Assembly: GCA_963848135.1 (NCBI GenBank)
Contig: CAWKCK010000002.1
Span: 573,684-637,683, forward strand
Direction: 5' to 3'
Length of the DNA: 64,000 bases
Source: an uncultured delta proteobacterium
Lineage (GTDB): Bacteria; Desulfobacterota; Desulfobacteria; Desulfobacterales; SG8-13
A model generated the notes under the pieces. It was not told the DNA's origin. It did no database searches and saw nothing but the letters and a program-made list of their open reading frames with translations. Below are positions 19,668 through 30,387 of the stretch, one piece after another. The position numbers were made by a program, and so were the translations under genes. Each line of letters starts with the position of its first letter. Within the stretch, counting starts at the first letter, position 1.

Positions 19668-20774
19668 ATGGGCAGGATCAAGGTTGCAGTCGTCGGTGTC
19701 GGAAATTGTGCGAGCGCTCTCGTCCAGGGAATCCACTATTACAAGCATTGCAAACCAGAAAACGCGAACGGCTTGATGCATTGGAATATCGCAGGATATA
19801 CACCCGGCGATATCGATGTCGTGGCCGCGTTTGACATCGACCGGCGTAAGATCGGACGCGACGTCGGCGAAGCCATCTTTGCCCTTCCCAATTGCACCAA
19901 GAAATTCTGCCCGGATATACCCTCCACCGGCGTCAATGTTCATATGGGCAGAATCCTTGACGGTCTGTCGGATCACATGCGTGCGTACGAAGACGAGTAC
20001 ACGTTTGTACCCTCTGATTCGCCACAACCGGACAAACAGGATGTCGTCGATATTCTAAGAACAACCGGTACGGCCATCCTGCTAAACTATCTGCCCGTCG
20101 GCTCCGCTGAAGCCACCCAGTTTTATACCGAATGCGCCCTCGAAGCCGGTGTGGCTTTGATTAATAACATCCCGGTATTTATTGCTAGCGACCCCAAATG
20201 GGCCCGGCGTTTTACAAAAAAAAATATCCCCATAATCGGAGATGATATCAAGTCCCAACTGGGGGCCACCATCACGCACAGGGTCCTCACCGATCTGTTC
20301 AGAAAGCGGGGAGTTAAGCTGGAACGCACGTATCAGCTCAACACCGGCGGCAATACGGATTTCCTGAACATGCTCAACCACCACCGGCTGATCTCCAAAA
20401 AAGAATCCAAAACCGAAGCCGTCCAATCCGTAACCGCTCAAAGACTGAAAGACAGAGATATTCATATCGGCCCGAGTGACTATGTCGCATGGCAGCAGGA
20501 CAATAAAGTCTGCTTTATCCGGATGGAGGGCAAATTGTTCGGTGAAGTTCCCATGGAAATCGAGTTACGCCTGTCCGTAGAGGACTCGCCCAACTCTGCC
20601 GGTGTGGCCATCGATGCCATCCGCTGCGTAAAGTTGGCCCTCGATCGCGGACAGGGAGGGGTGTTGGAAGGTCCATCAGCTTATTTTTGCAAACACCCAC
20701 CGCAACAGTATCCCGACGACGAGGCCCACCGAATCACTGAAGATTTCATCAATCTTTCGTTAAAGTCTCCGTGA
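19668..20774 (+). CDS. ino1: Myo-inositol-1-phosphate synthase
   Basis: GVGNCAS Rossmann motif, NYLPVGS, GDDIKSQLGAT, QLNTGGNTDFLN, EDSPNSAG. Confidence 0.95.
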   Translation: MGRIKVAVVGVGNCASALVQGIHYYKHCKPENANGLMHWNIAGYTPGDIDVVAAFDIDRRKIGRDVGEAIFALPNCTKKFCPDIPSTGVNVHMGRILDGLSDHMRAYEDEYTFVPSDSPQPDKQDVVDILRTTGTAILLNYLPVGSAEATQFYTECALEAGVALINNIPVFIASDPKWARRFTKKNIPIIGDDIKSQLGATITHRVLTDLFRKRGVKLERTYQLNTGGNTDFLNMLNHHRLISKKESKTEAVQSVTAQRLKDRDIHIGPSDYVAWQQDNKVCFIRMEGKLFGEVPMEIELRLSVEDSPNSAGVAIDAIRCVKLALDRGQGGVLEGPSAYFCKHPPQQYPDDEAHRITEDFINLSLKSP

Positions 20775-20831
20775 ATATGGTCGATATCAATTAATAGCCG
20801 TGTGTTGGCGGGCACGCGGTCTTCATAGCTC

Positions 20832-20862
20832 AGGGCGGCTCCTTTGGGGCCGCCCTTTGTTT
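20832..20862 (+). terminator. Intrinsic terminator after ino1
   Basis: AGGGCGGCTCC-TTT-GGGGCCGCCCT-TTGTTT. Confidence 0.7.
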
Positions 20863-20894
20863 ATCTTGATGAAATGTGCAAGGGAACACAGCGT

Positions 20895-21917
20895 TTAATT
20901 GTTGAACAGATTCATGTTCGGCGATGACGACAGCTCCGGCAGGTTCTCAAAAAAAGACGATAGGGCCTCTCGAACGGCGGTCATGTCTGGTGCATTGCAG
21001 ACCCGCTTATGCAGCGTATGCCCGAACCGAAAATTGGCAGCAAAATAGAGCGAGAACTTTTTGAACCGCCGAACGGCCCTTCTCTCATCGAAGTGGTCAC
21101 AAAGACGATCGGCCAGTTGAAACGCTGTCGCAGGGTAAATCTCGGGCCCAACTTTGAGTCCTTGAGACCAGGCGGCAAATATCCAGGGCCGGGCAACCGC
21201 CATCCGTCCAATGGCAATCCCGTCGCACTCGGTCATCTTCAGCATTGTGCGGCAGTCCTTTTGGCTGAAAACATTTCCATTGCCAAAAACCGGAATCGAA
21301 ACAGCCTCTTTCACTAAACGAATGTAGTCCCATTTAGGCAGCCGTGAGCGTCGGTCCGGCGCTACACGTGGATGAAATGTCAAGGCGTCGGCACCGGCCT
21401 CTTCGAATCTACTCGCCAGATCAACCGTCGCTTGAGGGTCATCCTCCCAACCGATGCGGAATTTGGCAAAAACCGGGATGGAAACGGCCTTTCGCACGGC
21501 TTTGACGATACCAGCGGCGAGAACGGGATCTTTAAGCAATGCCGCACCATAATTCCGCTTACAAATGGTCGAAACGGAACATCCGAAGTTAATATCGACA
21601 CCGAAAAAACCTTCAGCTTCTATAATCGCTGCTGCCCTTCCCATGGTAACTGGGTCTGCGCCCACAATCTGGCACACCAAATGTGGCAATTCCTCGTCCC
21701 GCCAGCGATAGAGGGCCGATGTGTTCCGGTTCTCAATCGGAATTCTCTTTGCACTACACATTTCTGAAAAGAGCAGGCCGAATCCTCCGAAAGAGGCGAT
21801 AAGCTCGCGCAAAGCGACATGCCCGAGATAGGCCATGGGAGCCAGAACCAGCCGACTGGCAATGGTTCGGTTTCCGATCGTCAAGGGGCGGTTCAACGTA
21901 TATGTGAGGTCTGTCAT
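20895..21917 (-). CDS. tRNA-dihydrouridine synthase (DusB-like)
   Basis: LAPMA, DINFGC, GAALLKDP, KFRIGW, FHPR, GNGNV, IGRMA motifs. Confidence 0.9.
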   Translation of the reverse strand: MTDLTYTLNRPLTIGNRTIASRLVLAPMAYLGHVALRELIASFGGFGLLFSEMCSAKRIPIENRNTSALYRWRDEELPHLVCQIVGADPVTMGRAAAIIEAEGFFGVDINFGCSVSTICKRNYGAALLKDPVLAAGIVKAVRKAVSIPVFAKFRIGWEDDPQATVDLASRFEEAGADALTFHPRVAPDRRSRLPKWDYIRLVKEAVSIPVFGNGNVFSQKDCRTMLKMTECDGIAIGRMAVARPWIFAAWSQGLKVGPEIYPATAFQLADRLCDHFDERRAVRRFKKFSLYFAANFRFGHTLHKRVCNAPDMTAVREALSSFFENLPELSSSPNMNLFNN

Positions 21918-22067
21918 TTAGTCACATTAGCGCTGGTTGATATCCGTTGTAAAGTTGAACAAGTGAAATTGTATGCTGTACGGGTATTTTTGACAAATAC
22001 GATTGTGTCTTCAATATTCATTTGTCTCACACGGTCCATGCTGCTATGATGCCCGACCGAAAGCCCG

Positions 22068-22868
22068 ATGAGAAGTGCTATGAGAATCAAGGACGACATG
22101 ATCGCGCCACTTGTTGGCGAAATCCTCAACGATGTCGCCACATCGTTTTTCGACGCGCGGCGGCGAATAGAGGCCAAAATTGATCTTTTCCATAAATATG
22201 TGGATGAGCTCCGCAAAATGGCCACAAACGTTCAATCCCATGCCGCCCTGCTCAACCTTCTGCTTGTCGACGACCGACAGGCGAAAGCCTTTTACCAATT
22301 ACTTGGCCTCGACGGTGATGTGTTCGTGGCAGCGAAAGGGGTCGATCCGCGCGACGATCTCTCACGCTTTCCTTTCGCCATCGGCTTCAGGAGACGCTAT
22401 ACGAAGTTGGTCTTCACGGCTTACGCCCATCTGCAGGAAGCCTGTGCCCTCTATGCGAACGGGCCGCAATCGTTGTCTGATAAAACGCCCAGCCTCCCGA
22501 ACCAGGAATTCATCTATTATGGCCTGATCGTCAAAATGCACCAGGTTATCAATGAAGACATTAAACGGATAAATGATACCATCTCACCGAGTTGTACACT
22601 GCAATTTGCCAAGGGATTCAAACCGGATGTGATGGCAAAGGAAAGGGTCACGGGCGGTGGGATATCCAACGCCAAATCACTGGATGATAAACTATGTTAC
22701 CGTCCGATCGACTTGCAGTCTCTATCGCTAACAGCGTTCCCCCGACTTCCAAATCTCGGTGATGTCAGATCGTCAATCAGCCGATTTTGTAGAGACCTCT
22801 GCAACCGCTATCCGGATGAGTTGGAGAAAATTGTCGAATTCATCCGGCACCGGGTAAGTGCCAAGTGA
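22068..22868 (+). CDS. Hypothetical protein
   Basis: 266-aa ORF divergent from dus; no motif recognised. Confidence 0.65.
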   Translation: MRSAMRIKDDMIAPLVGEILNDVATSFFDARRRIEAKIDLFHKYVDELRKMATNVQSHAALLNLLLVDDRQAKAFYQLLGLDGDVFVAAKGVDPRDDLSRFPFAIGFRRRYTKLVFTAYAHLQEACALYANGPQSLSDKTPSLPNQEFIYYGLIVKMHQVINEDIKRINDTISPSCTLQFAKGFKPDVMAKERVTGGGISNAKSLDDKLCYRPIDLQSLSLTAFPRLPNLGDVRSSISRFCRDLCNRYPDELEKIVEFIRHRVSAK

Positions 22869-22975
22869 GAGGTCTAATGGACGCGGATTGAACCCGAAAC
22901 GACAAAAAATTCACTCGTCACGCGCGCTCCCTATTTGAAATATGGATAAATAAAACGGATGAAGATAGCGCCAAT

Positions 22976-24238
22976 ATGAAACCCTTGCCTATTTCCAACA
23001 GCATCATGCCCTCAGATTACTGCGGACGCATTTTGTGCGGTCACTACAGCGATGAATTGAAAAACTTCGTGAGCGATTCCATCAATCGCTGCCGTGCGTT
23101 CGCGGGAATCGGCACCCCGGCAATCCTCTATATATCTGCCTGGCAGGATAAAACTAAAAATATTTGGTACGAATATGCTGGGGAACTTTTCGCGGAACTG
23201 CTGGGATGTCGATCCGATGAAGTCGCAGAGGTTTTTCGAAATTGCGTCATCGATCGGCGCATTTACAGTTACCAGGATGTCGACGTCGGTATCCGCAAAG
23301 AAGTTAAAAGTCGTGAAGAATTGAGCGGTGCATGGCGGGAACTGCGTGAAGAGAGTATAAAAACCGGTGCGATTGAGGCCGTGTATAAAATCATCCGTCA
23401 TGATGGCAGTGCCATCTGGCTCAAGGACCAGGCAACCATCATCGCCTTCGAGAAGGATCAGTTGTGCGTATCCCCCGGAATCCTGACCATTGTGTCCAAA
23501 GAGATGGAAGCCGAGGATGAACTTAAAAAACATCGCGACCATTTGGAAGCAATTGTTCAGAAAAGAACAGCGGTACTGACAATATTGAATGAACAGCTAA
23601 AGCAGGAGATTGTAGAACGTAAACATGCGGAAAGAAGGCTCCAGCAAAGTTACAACAAGTTGCAACAAAATCTGGACGAAACCGTCAAGGCCATGTCTTT
23701 GACGGTGGAGGAACGAGATCCTTACACCGCCGGCCATCAGCGGCGCACTGCCGATCTGGCCGTGAATCTGGCAAGGAAAATGAGACTTTCCGATCAAATA
23801 ATCAAAGGCATCCATACGGCCGGATTGATACACGATATCGGCAAGATTTCCATTCCGGCTGAGATCCTGAGCAAACCCAGTCGTCTCAACTCGGCTGAAA
23901 TTCAGTTGATCAGAAGGCACCCGCGGGTCGCATATGACATACTGAAAAACATTGATTTTCCGTGGCCTGTTGGCAAGATCGTTTTGCAGCATCACGAGAA
24001 AATAAATGGATCTGGGTATCCGCAGGGTTTAACGGGGACAGAAATGCTGATTGAGGCAAAAATTCTGTGTGTTGCCGATGTCGTTGAAACCATTGCGTCA
24101 CACCGGCCGTATCGTCCGGGACTCGGCATAGATAAGGCCCTGGGTGAAATCTCAGACAACAGAGGTACCCTTTATGACCCTGATGTTGTTGATGTCTGCC
24201 TGAAAATGTTCAGAACCAAAAGCTATCAATTTATATAG
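22976..24238 (+). CDS. PAS-like + coiled coil + HD-GYP c-di-GMP phosphodiesterase
   Basis: RDPYTAGH, HDIGKI, HHEKINGSGYP, VADV, RPYR motifs. Confidence 0.9.
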   Translation: MKPLPISNSIMPSDYCGRILCGHYSDELKNFVSDSINRCRAFAGIGTPAILYISAWQDKTKNIWYEYAGELFAELLGCRSDEVAEVFRNCVIDRRIYSYQDVDVGIRKEVKSREELSGAWRELREESIKTGAIEAVYKIIRHDGSAIWLKDQATIIAFEKDQLCVSPGILTIVSKEMEAEDELKKHRDHLEAIVQKRTAVLTILNEQLKQEIVERKHAERRLQQSYNKLQQNLDETVKAMSLTVEERDPYTAGHQRRTADLAVNLARKMRLSDQIIKGIHTAGLIHDIGKISIPAEILSKPSRLNSAEIQLIRRHPRVAYDILKNIDFPWPVGKIVLQHHEKINGSGYPQGLTGTEMLIEAKILCVADVVETIASHRPYRPGLGIDKALGEISDNRGTLYDPDVVDVCLKMFRTKSYQFI

Positions 24239-24675
24239 CGGGCGAGTGATTGGACAACAACCAGTTGTTCCGGTCAATCGCAATTTTTTTGGCGATGATT
24301 TTTATACACGGGGATACACACAATTCCGATGCCCGAATTACACCGTTTGATTCGCCCCTCATGTGGTCATGAAAATCGTTGACATACCCCCTATAAATAC
24401 ACACATATAACTCAATAAAGGTTTCACCATTTATTCCAGGATCCGGATATCATATTGACAACCGGTTTAAAGTCTGATGGAAATATCATCCAGCAAGGGT
24501 TTTGGCGCGATGAGCATCAACGGGGCGCCAAATCTCTGCACGCAAATTTCCGGGACAGAATGCGTGGCACCTATCGCGCCGTTGTTAAACGCGCACCCAA
24601 CGACAACCGCCTGTGATCGGCCCCATGGGAGAGACCGCATTGCCAGCACACGATGATATAGGGTTCATCCCGCAC

Positions 24676-25410
24676 ATGAACGACATGCAAAATGTAAAAG
24701 AATACAGAGATGATGCGCGTTCCGACCATGAAGCGACGATCCTGATCGAAGATTTTCCGGATGGCACCTACTACCATGGCAGAATGACCAACTACAGCGA
24801 GAGCGGGATGTATTTTGAATCCCAGGTTGGCCATGAACCCGGTGCCCCGATTATCTTCAGTATCGAGGACTCACCCTATCCGGCATGCCCCGGTGTCTAC
24901 CATGGCCAGATAAAATGGTGCCGGCCGTTATCGGAAACGGCCTCACTCTATAGTTTCGGCATGGGCGTTGAATACTTCAAACCTGAATTTCTATTAACCC
25001 TCCAAGCTAAATCACAAACGGATCAATCCCCTACACCGACACCATTCCATGCTGGAAGAACCGCCCAAATCTCTGACGGCCAAACCGGGTTCGAAGACGT
25101 GCAGGAAATGCCGACCGACATACGACAGCCCCCTAAAAACCATGATGAGAATCACCGAAAGCATCCCAGGCGCTCTTTCGGCCGACCTGTCCTCTACGCC
25201 ACCCGCAACAGGTTCTTCAAAGGGACGATAAAGGACATAAGCAAAGGGGGGGTGTTCATCGAAGCGCCGGATATGATGGCCGTCGGGCAACCCTTGACAT
25301 TGGCCATACCTTCGGGTGACCAGGGCCAGGGGCTGAAATTGAAAGGTGAAATTGTGCGAATCGATTCAAATGGTTTAGCCATCAGGTTTAAAAGCGTCAT
25401 AAAAAACTGA
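24676..25410 (+). CDS. Tandem PilZ-domain protein
   Basis: Two RxxxR...(D/N)xSxxG sets: RDDAR/NYSESG and RKHPR/DISKGG. Start uncertain (ORF track 24613). Confidence 0.85.
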   Translation: MNDMQNVKEYRDDARSDHEATILIEDFPDGTYYHGRMTNYSESGMYFESQVGHEPGAPIIFSIEDSPYPACPGVYHGQIKWCRPLSETASLYSFGMGVEYFKPEFLLTLQAKSQTDQSPTPTPFHAGRTAQISDGQTGFEDVQEMPTDIRQPPKNHDENHRKHPRRSFGRPVLYATRNRFFKGTIKDISKGGVFIEAPDMMAVGQPLTLAIPSGDQGQGLKLKGEIVRIDSNGLAIRFKSVIKN

Positions 25411-25462
25411 TTCACCCATTGGCGGGCACCTACCGGATCCAAGCGGACTGACAGCTCAAAAT

Positions 25463-25852
25463 GTGAGCGGCAAACATACTGGAGACCTGCACAGCGTCGT
25501 GGGAAAATTACGGTGTCACCTGTTCATCTCCCTTTTGATCGGACTTACCAGCCTGCCGACGGTACTCACCGGCAGTTCCTATGGGGAGGTCAATGATGGG
25601 GATTGCCAGTGGACAGAATCTCTCTCCAGGTTGTTGGGTATTGAAGCGGACCCGCCATTGTTAACTCATGAACGGCCTCAGATCGTTAATGCCGTGGTGG
25701 TGGAAGTTGAAAAAATCAGCGCCGCCGGGCTCTACGGCAGTCGGAAGGGAGACACGGTCAAACTGATATGTATCGGTGAAAACTCCTGGCGGATTAAGGA
25801 CTATCGCACCGGACTTGCGTCGACGATCACAGTGTCACCACCGTCCCAATAA
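25463..25852 (+). CDS. Hypothetical, possibly secreted protein
   Basis: 129-aa ORF with a hydrophobic N-terminal stretch, co-oriented with neighbours. Confidence 0.5.
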   Translation: MSGKHTGDLHSVVGKLRCHLFISLLIGLTSLPTVLTGSSYGEVNDGDCQWTESLSRLLGIEADPPLLTHERPQIVNAVVVEVEKISAAGLYGSRKGDTVKLICIGENSWRIKDYRTGLASTITVSPPSQ

Positions 25853-25912
25853 TTACTGACCACTATAAACTTTTCTTCCTTCGGCAGTTTTGCAGACAGG
25901 TGCCATATTCAT

Positions 25913-26509
25913 ATGATGATAAGGAAAATGATCACCAGTATCCTCGCAGCGGTCGTCTTATTGCTGATTGTAACTTCCAGCAAGCCGATAGACGCACAAT
26001 CACCAAAAGATTTGGTAAAGAATTCAAATCTGCCTGTTGAAATCACGGCCGATGAATTGATCAGTCATGGCAATCAGAATTATGCCGAATTCATCGGCAA
26101 CGTTGCCGCCGTCCAGGGAGAATTCGCAATCCGCTCGGACGCGTTGAGGATCTACTACCATACGTCAGCAGTCGACAAACCGAATGATACATCCAGACCG
26201 GATGCCATCGAAAAAATCGTTGCGATCGGCAATGTCGTCATTCAGGCGGAGACCCGTCGCGCTGAAACCGAGCGCGCCGAATATCGACTTAAAGAAGACC
26301 TGGTGGTTTTGTCCGGCGAAAATTCTATCGTGACTGATGGAAAAAATACGTTGACAGGATCAAAGATCACCTGGCACCGAAACACGGGGCAAATATCCGT
26401 TGAGGGTTCTGAGCAAAAGCGTGTTAAAGCGGTATTCTATTCAACTGAAAACCTCTCTTTGCCGAACCAAGAAGGTCCAAAGATTACTGAATCACCACCG
26501 AAAAATTAA
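25913..26509 (+). CDS. LptA/OstA family LPS transport periplasmic protein
   Basis: Signal peptide; PVEITADEL, FIGNVAAVQG, IVAIGNV, LTGSKI, KRVKAVF. Confidence 0.85.
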   Translation: MMIRKMITSILAAVVLLLIVTSSKPIDAQSPKDLVKNSNLPVEITADELISHGNQNYAEFIGNVAAVQGEFAIRSDALRIYYHTSAVDKPNDTSRPDAIEKIVAIGNVVIQAETRRAETERAEYRLKEDLVVLSGENSIVTDGKNTLTGSKITWHRNTGQISVEGSEQKRVKAVFYSTENLSLPNQEGPKITESPPKN

Positions 26510-26562
26510 GAGTTCATACCTTGGGATCGCACTGGAGGTAAAGATCCGAAAACATCGATAAT

Positions 26563-27030
26563 TTACCCACCATCCGTTTGCGGGAATGCGGTATTGGCGT
26601 ATAGATACTCCATTTTTTCCTTGTGTTTCAATTCTTCATTGGCAATCTTAACGAGCATTTCATGTAAATCGCCTCCAGGATGAAGCTGCGCCAGTTCTGT
26701 GTAAAAATGAAACGATCGCGACTCCCTGTGTGCGGCGATCAAGTAGACATCCTGGCTGCGGGTATCGACATCTACCTCGGGTTCTTCGAGATGTTCAGCA
26801 ATTTTATAGTCAACGACATCAGTCATTCGGAGGGCCTGGACCCCGAACCCGCCATCACGGTAAGCCACTAAAAAATCGCGATGTTTCTTCTCCTCACCCG
26901 CAATGAACTCAAGCGTTTCCTTTGCCGATCGTTCCTGAACCCGATCGCAAATGTCCATATAAAATACGTAGGCCTCTTCTTCCCTTTTAATGGCGGTTTC
27001 GATAATATTCGCAATTTTCTGATCTTTCAT
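26563..27030 (-). CDS. Rubrerythrin-like ferritin-fold di-iron protein
   Basis: Paired E...ExxH motifs (REEEA...EEKKH; RE...EELKH). RBS GAGGGGAG before MKDQK. Confidence 0.85.
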   Translation of the reverse strand: MKDQKIANIIETAIKREEEAYVFYMDICDRVQERSAKETLEFIAGEEKKHRDFLVAYRDGGFGVQALRMTDVVDYKIAEHLEEPEVDVDTRSQDVYLIAAHRESRSFHFYTELAQLHPGGDLHEMLVKIANEELKHKEKMEYLYANTAFPQTDGG

Positions 27031-27102
27031 TTCTCCCCTCCTCTGACAATAGTAAAACGCTACCGCCTTCAATAATGTATCCTGTGGTACTGTTCGTCAA
27101 TA

Positions 27103-27408
27103 TCATCTTGATCTATTTTTTGTAGCGATCTGACGCTGAATGGCCTGCAGGTCCAACAGCTGCCGATAATTCAGCAGCAGTCGGATATATTCCGAGAGGA
27201 CATAAGCCACATCCCTGGGGGCTTTAACAATACTTTGGCTCTGCTTTTCCTCTGTGCGAGCCAGTGCTTCCGCTAAATCGTGGCGGTCCGGATCCTTCTT
27301 CAGCAGGTGGCGATAAATCTCTATTGCCTTGTCGTAATGGCCTTGCTGGGCGAAAATTTTCGCCATAGTTACCGTTCTGATGGGGAAACCCTCGGTTCCT
27401 GTTTGCAT
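27103..27408 (-). CDS. Small TPR protein
   Basis: TVTMAKIFAQQGHYDKAIEIYRHLL TPR pattern. Confidence 0.75.
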   Translation of the reverse strand: MQTGTEGFPIRTVTMAKIFAQQGHYDKAIEIYRHLLKKDPDRHDLAEALARTEEKQSQSIVKAPRDVAYVLSEYIRLLLNYRQLLDLQAIQRQIATKNRSR

Positions 27409-27438
27409 CGTTTCTGCTCTTCTTAGCTGATTTTATAT

Positions 27439-27756
27439 TCAGGGCTCTGGATCGGGATCACCTTTGCTCTCGATGGGTTTTAGGGGTTTGACAATGACTT
27501 CCTTATTTCCGATCATTCCAAGCTCTCGCCTGGCGATACTTTCGATAAATTCGGGATCGATCTTCAACCGCTCTATCTGACGGTAAAGTCGCGCGTTTTC
27601 CTGAATGATAGTTTCATTCTCAATGACCAACTGTTCACGGCGGTTGTTCAAGCGCTGATGATCATAGAGGCCGTTTTCTCCGAATACAATCAGAAAAGAA
27701 GTCGACAGGATGGCCAGCATCGCCAGTGAAAGTAGTATTTTCTGTTTCAATGTCAT
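27439..27756 (-). CDS. Septum formation initiator (FtsB/DivIC family)
   Basis: TM + FGENGL + coiled coil + IESIARRELGMI. Confidence 0.85.
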   Translation of the reverse strand: MTLKQKILLSLAMLAILSTSFLIVFGENGLYDHQRLNNRREQLVIENETIIQENARLYRQIERLKIDPEFIESIARRELGMIGNKEVIVKPLKPIESKGDPDPEP

Positions 27757-27760
27757 GCCG

Positions 27761-29332
27761 TTATGATTTTGTACGAAGCCATGTGACCGATTGAAAAAAC
27801 TCCGGTGTTTTCATCAAAAAAGACAAACCACCATAGACAATCAATCCGGTAACGATACTGGCGCTGACCCCTGTCAGCAACCTCAGCGTTCCTTCGCACC
27901 CGGGCGGTACAAGGCGGATGGAGACCAACCATACCGCAAGGCCCATCAGGACGGAACTGAAAACGGTTCTCGACACCGATGCGGCAATTCTCCTGCCGCC
28001 CAGAGTGCCCAAACGTTTTTTCAATGCTTGCAGAAGCAGCGCCAGGTTCACTATCGCGGAGAGAGATAGTGCCAACGCGATCCCGCTATGCCCCATCAAA
28101 TGCGCGAGCCCTATGCCAAGTAGAAAATTTGCGACAATTGATATAACAGCGCATCGGACTGGCGTTCTGACATCCTGCTGCGCGTAAAAGGTTGCCGCCA
28201 CAATTCTCAAGCTGGCAAAAGCCCAGAGACCGACAGCATAATACAAAAGGGCATCGGCCGTCAATCGGCCAGCCGTTGCACTGAATGCCCCTCGCTGAAA
28301 CAACAACATAACGATCGGACCGCGCAGAACGATCAGCCCCACCATCGCCGGTACAATAATAAAAAGAACCATGTTTATGGCATGAGCAAAGGTGTCTATT
28401 AAGGCGGATGAATCCGATGCGGCCGCTTGTCGCGAGAAGGCCGGGAGGGCTGCGGTTGCAGCTGAAATCCCGATCACCCCCAAAGGAAATTGCACCAGCC
28501 GGTCTGCAAAATAGAGATAGGAGATACTGCCTTCAGGCTGGAATGATGCCAAGAGGTTTCCGACCAGTGTGTTGATTTGTAGAACCGCCGCTCCAAATGT
28601 TGCCGGGAGAAACATTGCAGCGATCTTACGTAATTCGGGGTGGAACATCTTCGAACTGCGCCAAAACGTGATCCCATTTTGCACCAAAAACGGCAACTGC
28701 AACAGCAGCTGGAACAGGCCACCGATGACAACCCCGAAAGCGAGGCCGTAGACCCAGAAGACCGGATCAGGCGTGAATCGGCTCACGGTAAAAATAGATC
28801 CGATCATGGCCAAGTTAAGCAGTACGGGGGCCAAGGCAGGTGCTGCGAAGTGCCCAAGCACATTCAGGATCCCCATGAACAAGGCCACCATTCCGATAAA
28901 GAAGACGTATGGGAACATGATGCGCGTCAACGAAACAGTCAGAGAAAATTTCTCGGGCGAATCAATGAATCCATACGCCAGCGCCCTGACAATCCAGGGT
29001 GCAAAACAAATTCCCACTATGGTGACAGCCGTCAATGCCAGGATCAGAAGTCGAATGGCAACACCGGCCAAACGGTAAGCTTCTTCCTGACCCTGTTTGG
29101 TGAGGCATTCGCTGAATACCGGAATAAATGATACGGCCAGTGAGCCTTCCCCAAACAACCGTCGCAATAAGTTTGGCACCCGGAATGCAGCAATAAACAC
29201 ATCCGTCATCAGCCCGGCTCCAAAGAAACCGGCAATCACCATGTCACGAACATAACCGAATATTCGGCTCAACAATGTCGCGGTTCCGACAGTTCCGGCA
29301 GCACGAGCGATGTTCGCGTTTTCAGAGGCCAA
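27761..29332 (-). CDS. murJ: Lipid II flippase MurJ
   Basis: SRIFGYVRD, AFRVPNLLRRLFGEG, ADRLVQFPLG; multiple TM helices; TTG start. Confidence 0.95.
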   Translation of the reverse strand: MASENANIARAAGTVGTATLLSRIFGYVRDMVIAGFFGAGLMTDVFIAAFRVPNLLRRLFGEGSLAVSFIPVFSECLTKQGQEEAYRLAGVAIRLLILALTAVTIVGICFAPWIVRALAYGFIDSPEKFSLTVSLTRIMFPYVFFIGMVALFMGILNVLGHFAAPALAPVLLNLAMIGSIFTVSRFTPDPVFWVYGLAFGVVIGGLFQLLLQLPFLVQNGITFWRSSKMFHPELRKIAAMFLPATFGAAVLQINTLVGNLLASFQPEGSISYLYFADRLVQFPLGVIGISAATAALPAFSRQAAASDSSALIDTFAHAINMVLFIIVPAMVGLIVLRGPIVMLLFQRGAFSATAGRLTADALLYYAVGLWAFASLRIVAATFYAQQDVRTPVRCAVISIVANFLLGIGLAHLMGHSGIALALSLSAIVNLALLLQALKKRLGTLGGRRIAASVSRTVFSSVLMGLAVWLVSIRLVPPGCEGTLRLLTGVSASIVTGLIVYGGLSFLMKTPEFFQSVTWLRTKS

Positions 29333-29431
29333 AATTTGAATTTCCCTTACCCGTTAATAATTTCTTGACAGTGAAAGGCTATTCGAATATTTATAGCGAT
29401 TTGTATATTAACAACGAAAGGAGTGACCACC

Positions 29432-29698
29432 TTGGCCAATCATAAATCAGCTTTGAAACGTGCGCGACAGAATGCAGATCGGCAACTTCGCAACAAATCG
29501 ACAAAGACCCGCATCAAAAATGTGGTAAAGAATGTTCGACAGGCCGCAGCCGGTCAAATTGAGGCCGATGCAGCCACAGAATTGAACACGGCCAAATCGA
29601 TCATTGATAATGCAGCCAAGAAAGGTGTTATTCACCGCAACACAGCCGCAAGAAAGATTTCCCGTCTGACCAAGCAGGTCAATGCCGCCAGCAGCTAA
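29432..29698 (+). CDS. rpsT: 30S ribosomal protein S20
   Basis: ANHKSALKRARQ...KGVIHRNTAARKISRL; TTG start at 29432 after AGGAG. Confidence 0.95.
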   Translation: MANHKSALKRARQNADRQLRNKSTKTRIKNVVKNVRQAAAGQIEADAATELNTAKSIIDNAAKKGVIHRNTAARKISRLTKQVNAASS

Positions 29699-29807
29699 CT
29701 CGATCATTTTACGGGTTGCATACCGTTTTATCGTCTTGCTGGAGTGGAAAAAGGTTGAACGACGCGGCGTTAATCCGAGGTTGGCGCCGTATTTCACATT
29801 TGTCGGG

Positions 29808-30323
29808 CTAGAAATTCGACGTCAGGTTGTTGTAAATCTTCTCTGCCAAAAGCTGCGCTGCGCTGCGAATGGCGGCGCGCTTATCGGCCTCGGTTTCCTG
29901 ATTGCCCAATGCCACCCTGTAGGTCTGGCTCACCGAAAGCGATTGCGACTGCCAAAGAACGCGGCCATCCGTTGATGTCAACCTGGCCGATGCGGTTATC
30001 ACCACCCGGCGTTCGGCACTTACCGTTTGAACTCTGCGGGAAACCGTGAAAATCTCTATGGATGAAATCACACCGTTAAGTTCAGCATCGGCGTCCTGCC
30101 GTCTACCGGCAAGCGTATCCGTGTTCCCCAGGGTGGTAAACGTGTTGGCCATGGAGGCGGCGACATCATTCTCCACACCGATCTCCGAGGTCCGGTTGTC
30201 GAAGATAACAAGAAATATCCGTTCCACTCCGGCAGGCAGTTCCCCTCCACCGGCAAAACGATAGCCGCAGGCCGATAAAAAAACCATTACAATCAGAGCG
30301 GACCCGATAATACTCTTGTGCAT
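29808..30323 (-). CDS. lptE: LPS assembly lipoprotein LptE family
   Basis: Lipobox LSACGYRF; directly downstream of leuS (conserved synteny). Confidence 0.8.
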   Translation of the reverse strand: MHKSIIGSALIVMVFLSACGYRFAGGGELPAGVERIFLVIFDNRTSEIGVENDVAASMANTFTTLGNTDTLAGRRQDADAELNGVISSIEIFTVSRRVQTVSAERRVVITASARLTSTDGRVLWQSQSLSVSQTYRVALGNQETEADKRAAIRSAAQLLAEKIYNNLTSNF

Positions 30324-30387
30324 TTCAATTCACCACTCCTTGTAAGTTATCGACCTTGCGACAACCGCATAAATGTTCGTCCGCATT

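Noticed and set aside
24240..24675. c-di-GMP riboswitch upstream of the PilZ gene
   Set aside because: Some hairpins, but no recognisable GEMM aptamer motifs.
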